A stretch of DNA of 64,000 bases. Origin: Eledone cirrhosa (lineage: Eukaryota). Under the pieces are notes generated by a model. That model was not told where the DNA came from and ran no database searches. It worked only from the letters and a program-made list of their open reading frames with translations. A program made the translations under genes and the position numbers. The DNA is taken from positions 163,866,001 through 163,930,000 of the forward strand of contig OZ024741.1 of NCBI GenBank assembly GCA_964016885.1. Reading direction: 5' to 3'. Below, in pieces: positions 55,134-64,000 of this stretch (position 1 is its first letter; each line of letters starts with the position of its first letter).

Positions 55134-55205
55134 CATACATATATATATATACACTCACAACACTCGTATATATATACACACTCATACATATACACACATA
55201 TACAT

Positions 55206-55256
<51 letters not shown>

Positions 55257-55399
55257 CATATATATACAGTCACACCTACATACATATATATATATAAATA
55301 CACTCATATATATACACACATATACATACATACCCACATATAAATATATATATATACATAAATATATATATATATATACACACATACACACATACACAT

Positions 55400-55442
<43 letters not shown>

Positions 55443-55900
55443 TACATACACATACATACACATATACACACATACATATATACTCACACACACACACTTA
55501 CACATACATACACATACACATATATAAAGATATATATACACACACACACACACACATATATAATATAATAAATATATATATATATATATATACATATATA
55601 TACATATACATACATATATACATACATACATACATATACATACATATATATACACACATATACATACACACATACATACACACACACATACATACACACA
55701 CATACATACTCATACATAGACATAGATATATACTCACACACACATACACACTTACATATACGCATATATACAAATACATACACATCCATATATGCGTACA
55801 TACATACAAACACCACTACACGCTCACACAACTCAGACATACAAAGAAAAAGGTATTTACATATACATATATACACATATAAATAGAGATACATATACAC

Positions 55901-55939
<39 letters not shown>

Positions 55940-56039
55940 CCCACACACACGTACAACCATAAACACACATACAAACACATACATACACATATACATACAT
56001 ATATATACACACACACAAAGACACACATACATATATATA

Positions 56040-56091
<52 letters not shown>

Positions 56092-57403
56092 CATACACAT
56101 ACACACACACATATATAGACATGCACACACATACATATACATATATGTATATATATATATACACACACACACATACACACACACACATACATATATATAC
56201 ACACATACATACACACACACATATATATACATACATATACACACATCAACTACAAATATACAATATATATATATATATATATACACATGTATTTTTATAC
56301 TTACAAATAAACACCCAAACATATATACACCTACCTACATATACATACATACATACACGCTTACAAATACAAATAATAATAGTAGGGGGGGAAAGGGGGC
56401 GGGGAGAAGGGGATTATAGTAAATATATGTTTCAAGAAACATAGAATATTAATCTGTATTTGGATCTCAATATGCGTTTACATAGTTTCAGTATTAGGAA
56501 ATGCAAGAAAGAAGGCAAAATTATGCATTTCAATATAAGTATACCATTAATTATAGGTTAACTAAACTAAAGATAGTTAATATATTGATTTCTAAGGTGT
56601 AAATTACTTAGGTTTATAATATTTGAAGCAGAATATTGAAGTTAAATAGTAGTAGAGTATTAATTATAGTATAACTAAATTAAAATTATTAACGTTATGG
56701 TATCAATATTAGGAAATGAATTTAGTAATAGGGAAAAAACAAATAAAGTATTACATCGGTAGTAGAATATAAATTATGGGTTAACTAAATTAAAAATTAT
56801 ATATTAATTTCTATAGTATATGTTAATTAGGTATATAATAAATAAAACAGATATTGTATTTTATCAATAGTAGAATATAATTATATGTAAACAGAAATTA
56901 AAATTAATACATACACATATACATATACATACATATATATATACACATATATATACATACATACACATATATACATACATATACATATTTTTTCAAAAAT
57001 TGCAAAGAATATATTAACTAGGTATACATCCAAAACCCATCCCATTCTATGATTACATGACACTCTGCAATCCGTCTGTATTAGGATACTAATTTTAAGC
57101 CAATTAAATTAAATTTTTAGGTTGACCAAATTTAAAACCAAATTATAAATATATTTCTAAAATGTATATTAATTAGGTCTATAATACTAAAAATTATTTC
57201 TCTGTCATTGAATACACGATATTTTGTTATATTTTATCTGTAATTTCCCCCCCTACTATTATTATTTGTATTTGTAAGCGTGTATGTATGTATGTATATG
57301 TAGGTAGGTGTATATATGTTTGGGTGTTTATTTGTAAGTATAAAAATACATATATGCGCATGCAAATAAGGGTGTATGATTGTGTGTATATATATATATA
57401 TAT

Positions 57404-57457
<54 letters not shown>

Positions 57458-57692
57458 ATGTGTGTGTGTACGTGTATGTATATATATATATGTGTGTATG
57501 TATGTGTGTGTGTATATATGTGTATGTATATGTATGTCTCTCTATATATATGTGTATCTTTATATCTATGTGGGTATATGTGTGTATGTACATGTATGCA
57601 CATGTATATGTCTATGTGTATATGTGTGTATGTGTATATGTCTACGTATGTGCGCATATATATGTGAGTGTGTGTGCGTGTATATATATGTA

Positions 57693-57739
<47 letters not shown>

Positions 57740-57795
57740 TATTTATTATTATAATATAATATATGTATATATATATATATGTGAAAATATGTATA

Positions 57796-57828
<33 letters not shown>

Positions 57829-58087
57829 TGTATATTTGTAGTTGATGTGTGTATATGTATGTATATATATGTGTGTGTGTATGTATGTGTGTATATATAT
57901 GTATGTGTGTGTGTATGTGTGTGTGTGTATATATATATATACATATATGTATATGTATGTGTGTGCATATTTGTCTGACTGTGTCTATTAATTTTTTTTT
58001 TTTTTTTTTTTTTAATATATATGTATGTGTATGTATGTATGTATGTATGTGTGTGCATGTCTATATATATGTGTGTGTATGTGTATG

Positions 58088-58147
<60 letters not shown>

Positions 58148-58251
58148 TATATATATATATGTATGTGTGTCTTTGTGTGTGTGTATATATATGTATGTAT
58201 ATGTGTATGTATGTGTTTGTATGTGTGTTTATGGTTGTACGTGTGTGTGGG

Positions 58252-58290
<39 letters not shown>

Positions 58291-58596
58291 GTGTATATGT
58301 ATCTCTATTTATATGTGTATATATGTATATGTATATACCTTTTTCTTTGTATGTCTGAGTTGTGTGAGCGTGTAGTGGTGTTTGTATGTATGTACGCATA
58401 TATGGATGTGTATGTATTTGTATATATGCGTATATGTAAGTGTGTATGTGTGTGTGAGTATATATCTATGTCTATGTATGAGTATGTATGTGTGTGTATG
58501 TATGTGTGTGTGTATGTATGTATGTGTGTATGTATATGTGTGTATATATATGTATGTATATGTATGTATGTATGTATATATGTATGTATATGTATA

Positions 58597-58633
<37 letters not shown>

Positions 58634-58644
58634 TATATTATATA

Positions 58645-58675
<31 letters not shown>

Positions 58676-58760
58676 CTTTATATATGTGTATGTGTATGTA
58701 TGTGTAAGTGTGTGTGTGTGAGTATATATGTATGTGTGTATATGTGTATGTATGTGTATG

Positions 58761-58822
<62 letters not shown>

Positions 58823-58862
58823 ATGAAATATAAGAATCAAAGAACTGTTCAAAACATTATTG

Positions 58863-58909
58863 TGCTTACAGCTGTTTCCTCCAAACCGAGGTTTGGATTC
58901 TTCGGAGCA
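58863..58909 (-). ncRNA. Type I hammerhead (U4C variant), inverted pLTR copy
   Basis: Reverse complement of 60393-60439. Confidence 0.75.
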
Positions 58910-59188
58910 ATTTATTAATGCATGGACAGTTATATGACCTCCTTTTCAGCCGAGAGACATACCAATACATATTCAAACATTGATACATATTCAAACATTG
59001 TGGGTCAACATTCATTACAAAATTTAGAGTGGCAGTACACACTTCGAGATTACATTTATATTAATAGGTACAATCAAAAATCAAAGATATAGGTTAAAGT
59101 ACAACATGAAGATAAGTGGTTATATAGTGCAAATGTTATATGTGTGGCACGCATGTGCGTCTTGTTTATATAGTGTGGCAGAGAGATA

Positions 59189-59679
59189 GCAACGGCAGTA
59201 ACAATAGAAATAACACTAGTATAAGTAATAACACCAGGGTTGTCAACCTGAACACCCAAAATCCTATATCCACCACACAGACTTCCGCATTGCATTATAA
59301 CCAGCGGACTAACGCACAGAATAATTGTAACTGTAGAGCTAATAGAACCTGCCCTTTAGATAAAAAATGCCTAACCAAGGATGTCATATACTCATGCACA
59401 GTCACGACTAATAACTCTTCAGAAACCTATGTAGGCTCCACTTCTAACTGCTTCAAAATTAGATATAACTCGCACATCCACTCGTTCAAAAAGCACAGCC
59501 TAGCCAACTCCACCTCACTTTCTAGCTACATACACTATCTAAAATCTAAAAATAAACCATACACACTCAAATGGGAAGTGATAGGCAGCGCGACCTCGTA
59601 CAAACCACCTAATAAATTCTCTATAGTTAGTACACTTTATGCTTTAAAAGTCTCTCTTGGAAGGTGCACCTCACCATAG
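59189..59679 (+). pseudogene. GIY-YIG endonuclease remnant with CxCx5C linker
   Basis: CNCRANRTCPLDKKCL..DVIY...YVGST..FKIRY..H..SF...TSLSSYI..LK...LKW; the C-terminal CxxC/E/N part is missing. Confidence 0.86.
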
Positions 59680-60392
59680 AATTTAGGGTCCATATTGGGA
59701 CACATTTTAATGGCTAGATATAGAAACCCCAGAGTTACCTCCCCGCATGCATTAACTCCCCTTAGCCACACACACACTTCCGGTATTCAATGGCGTCTCT
59801 CGAAACGTAACAACCTCCTGTATCGAACTAAAGAACACCAGACTACGATCTCTAACTGGATTGTCGTGGATTATGTGAAAGGCATATAATCGAAATATAC
59901 ACTCCCTTGACCATGAAAATGCCGAAGTACATGAATTACTTGACATCCCTGCGTTGTGCATCTCCAATACTTATAACACTTTTAATGCTTGCACTATCTT
60001 TAATGCTTATAATATTTCTCCACACACAGACTACATCAATCATATAAAGACTTTGCCACCAGATCTACCAACCTAACACTCTTATTTACCTACCTAAGTG
60101 CCTCTACCACACATATCTCTCTGCCACACTATATAAACAAGACGCACATGCGTGCCACACATATAACATTTGCACTATATAACCACTTATCTTCATGTTG
60201 TACTTTAACCTATATCTTTGATTTTTGATTGTACCTATTAATATAAATGTAATCTCGAAGTGTGTACTGCCACTCTAAATTTTGTAATGAATGTTGACCC
60301 ACAATGTTTGAATATGTATCAATGTTTGAATATGTATTGGTATGTCTCTCGGCTGAAAAGGAGGTCATATAACTGTCCATGCATTAATAAAT

Positions 60393-60439
60393 TGCTCCGA
60401 AGAATCCAAACCTCGGTTTGGAGGAAACAGCTGTAAGCA
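60393..60439 (+). ncRNA. Type I hammerhead (U4C variant)
   Basis: TGCT-CCGAAGA-a-TCCAAACC tc GGTTTGGA-g-GAA-ACAGCTGT-A-AGCA. Confidence 0.78.
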
Positions 60440-60809
60440 CAATAATGTTTTGAACAGTTCTTTGATTCTTATATTTCATATAACTGCTCTGTAAATCATC
60501 TGATGTTTTTACATTGAGCTACTTAACTTACTGGTAATAAGGTAGTAATACATTACTGCCTACCACTATTTAGGGTGTGTGTAAAATACTTACAACTGCT
60601 TAAGGTTTTGTGTTTACATAACCATAAATAGTATAACTAATACTATATATATATATATGTGTGTGTATGTGTATGTGTGTATGTGTGTATATATATATAT
60701 ATATTTATGTATATATATATATTTATATGTGGGTATGTATGTATATGTGTGTATATATATGAGTGTATTTATATATATATATGTATGTAGGTGTGACTGT
60801 ATATATATG

Positions 60810-60862
<53 letters not shown>

Positions 60863-60934
60863 ATGTATATGTGTGTATATGTATGAGTGTGTATATATAT
60901 ACGAGTGTTGTGAGTGTATATATATATATGTATG

Positions 60935-60965
<31 letters not shown>

Positions 60966-61433
60966 GTATATATGCATGTATGTGTATATATATATATATG
61001 TATGCGTGTATGTGTATATGTGTGTAAAAAAAAAAAAATATATATATATATATATATGTGTTTATGTGTGTATGTGTCTATGTATTTATATGTGTATATG
61101 TATGTGTCTCTATATGTATGCGTCTATGTATGTGTATGTGTATTTATATGGTATGTGTATGTATATGTATGTGTATGTATGTGTTTATATATATGTGTAT
61201 GTATATGTATGTATATGTATGTGTGTGTATGCGTGTGTATTTATTTATATGTCTATATGTATGTATATCGATGTATACTTTATATTTTACTTGTTTGTAT
61301 ATATATATGTGTGTGTATGTATATGTGTATGTATATGTATGTGTGTGTATGTATATGTGTGTGTATATATGTGTATATGTATGTGTATGTATATATGTAT
61401 GTGTGTATATGTGTGTATATATATATGTATATG

Positions 61434-61464
<31 letters not shown>

Positions 61465-61471
61465 ATGTGTG

Positions 61472-61507
<36 letters not shown>

Positions 61508-62113
61508 CTTGATATATTTCTTTTTTCTTTTTTCTTTTTCTTTTCTTTTTATTTCTAAGTTTATAGATACATCTATAAATAAGCAGTCTGCCGAAACCGT
61601 TGAATACTGACCTCTCCCCCCCCCCTCCCACCTAATTTCTGTATCCTGATCTAAATATGTGTGGCAGTGTTTATGTGCGTGCATTAATGTCCATATGCTT
61701 ATGATAATACTATATGCACATATATATGTGTGTGGGGGTGTGTGTGTGTATGTATGTTCGTAGTTATGTGTATGTTTATGCATATACGCGCGTGTGTGTG
61801 TGAGTGTACGAATATGTGTGAGTATATGAATGTGTCTATACATTTATTTCATATTTATGTGTCTATACGCATTTTATCTGTGGATTATAGACTTACAGAG
61901 ACATTAGCCTTGAATTTTTGTATTTGCATACATCTTTTTGGCATGCGTATGCATGTGAACATATATCTTCATGTAAATATGTGTAAGAAATTAATTACAT
62001 GTATATACACACACCAAACTGCATAAAATTTTTTGTATTTTCATTGGTCAATTTGAACTCTGTTCCCAAACGGACCTGAAATTTTGAATTGTTGTTATTA
62101 TCAATAAATATAT

Positions 62114-62268
62114 TTCATTATTTCTGAAGACGGCATATATATGTGTTTGGTATGTATATTTAATTTTGATAGTTTGTATAATTTTGTATAATTTTGTACA
62201 TAGATCTGTTGAATATGCATGCCAATTCTAACACATATATATCCTAGAAACGATCGTTAAATAATGAA
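62114..62268 (+). ncRNA. Type I hammerhead with about 115-nt stem II domain (right arm)
   Basis: TTCATTATTT-CTGAAGA-cGGc-ATATATATGTGTT...AACACATATATAT-CCta-GAA-ACGATCGT-T-AAATAATGAA: perfect 10-bp stem I. Confidence 0.85.
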
Positions 62269-62322
62269 CTTTTTTTGTTTAATATAAGGAACTGTTTCAT
62301 TGTTTTATTCATTATTTTTTTA

Positions 62323-62410
<88 letters not shown>

Positions 62411-62417
62411 CATATTT

Positions 62418-62450
<33 letters not shown>

Positions 62451-62465
62451 TATATATACATACAT

Positions 62466-63231
62466 ATAATATAATTTAGAGTTTACACTCAAGGGGTCAT
62501 TTACAATTATTTTAGCTCTAAGAAAGAAGCATTTCTGAGCAGTACAATACAAGTTAATATAAATTAATATATGATAAACACTTACGTGTTTTTATTGTAA
62601 TTGACAATAAATTAGCTAGAATGAAATATCTTAATTCAAATACATATAGTCTGCCTGTATCGATCTAAAAAATAATAAATCAATACTCACAAACACATAT
62701 CGGCAAAAGGCCTTGGTACCTAGACAAGTTTAAATTTCAAAATTCAAACTGTTTCCGCAGATCAATCCGAACTTCAAAATGTAAACATGTTTCACAAAGT
62801 ATGGTATAATAGTGAAATAATTGATTAATAGTGAAATAATTAATTTTCTGTGTTTATTAATAGGTACCCAGAAAAATTAAGTACTTCACCTCGGAAAAAT
62901 ATCTAAGGTCTGGTTAACGTACGCGAAAATACACGAGGTTTTGCACACGAATTCTTCCAGCCCTCTAGCCATCTCATACTCATGGCGCTAGAAATAACAG
63001 CCGTTTATATGGGATTACAAATTCAGCTCGACCGAGGGAGCAGTAATATAATATAATTTAGAGTTTACACTCAAGGGGTTATTTACAATTATTTTAGCTC
63101 TAAGAAAGAAGCATTTCTGAGCAGTACAATACAAGTTAATATAAATTAATATATGATAAACACTTACGTGTTTTTATTGTAATTACAATAAAAACACGTA
63201 AGTGTTTATCATATATTAATTTATATTAACT

Positions 63232-63236
<5 letters not shown>
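62466..63236. repeat. 137-bp direct repeats (62466-62602 / 63048-63184) ending in a perfect 108-bp palindrome (63129-63236), between (TA)n tracts
   Basis: Direct reading; palindrome centre gtaa|ttac at 63182/63183. Confidence 0.9.
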
Positions 63237-63318
<82 letters not shown>

Positions 63319-64000
63319 CAATGACAGAGATAGTTTAAAGCTAAACTCTGACTGGTAACCATCTCACTCAACAAACATTAGGTTATATTAAAATATAAAC
63401 CCAATTTAAGTGTTTGGAGTGCTAACAATATGTATAATGTGGATAAACCAGTTGTATTATTTTATGAGATATAATTAAAGTTAAAGTATATCTCTCTTTC
63501 CAAACAATTGTTTCATTATAAGTTTTCTACAAGTTTGGGAGAATGTTTCCAGTTTATGTAGAAGCCTAATATATATTCATGTAAGAATATATTTAGGTGG
63601 GCACTTATAAATCGTCAGTGGAAGCCCATTAAACATTGATATAAGAAAACAAATTTCTTACCGCTGTCAAAAAACATGTTCGTACAGTAGCTCTCCCTCA
63701 CTTCGAATGACCGCCAAATTTGAAATTCCAGCAGTTCTTGACTGAGGAAGTATCATAGCGACACGAAGCGGGAAGGGGAGACAACCCACGAAATGAGGGA
63801 AAAAAATAATATACACGCGGGTTAATTAGTTTTTTTGAAAACATTATCAATCCGACGTGTTTAAGAACTCAATTGAAAATAAAAAAATAAATATATGCTT
63901 GTATAAATTACACACGCATATAGATATTTTCTTAGGCTAAATCAGAAGTTGCACCCGAATAAGAACCGCTTCTCATAACCGCAGTAAATGCAGAAAGTTA

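Larger units (their letters stand above)
58816..60645 (+). mobile_element. 5'-truncated Naiad-type PLE with inverted pLTRs (58821-59188 / 60114-60481) and tail
   Basis: 368-bp essentially identical inverted repeats enclose a GIY-YIG remnant; inserted into a (TA)n tract that is uninterrupted in the mirror arm (about 55406-55434). Confidence 0.9.
53087..62331. mobile_element. Giant inverted repeat (arms 53221-56393 and 57245-62331, about 850-bp spacer, tail 53087-53220); PLE pLTR-type with outward-facing HHRs
   Basis: Unique blocks (53221-54045 vs about 61503-62331) and idiosyncratic microsatellite variants mirror each other; each arm has one nested insertion. Confidence 0.88.

Overview
Repeat-dense, AT-rich eukaryotic DNA, most likely an octopus/coleoid cephalopod (inferred from the SINE family, the Dong/R4, RTE and Tx1 LINE mix and the extreme microsatellite load; not verifiable here). 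Almost all listed ORFs are microsatellite artefacts and no intact protein-coding gene can be demonstrated. Supported content: about 10 copies of a tRNA-derived SINE; decayed LINEs (RTE, RTE-X-like, BovB-like, Tx1/L1, CRE-like, and four Dong/R4 pieces in (TAA)n); three bipartite non-autonomous RTE derivatives; a head-to-head pair of non-autonomous Helitrons; two Penelope-like (Naiad-type) GIY-YIG remnants; and weak candidates for two divergent first exons. The most striking feature is about 15 type I hammerhead ribozyme motifs (canonical CUGANGA, U3-A8 and U4C variants, mostly with palindromic stem III). Most lie in fold-back elements with the layout inverted arm / spacer / HHR arm / unpaired tail, inserted into (TA)n tracts. 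They range from about 120-bp hairpins to a 9-kb inverted repeat whose two arms each carry a private nested HHR element, so the mirror arm shows the empty site. All folds were read by eye and none has been tested.
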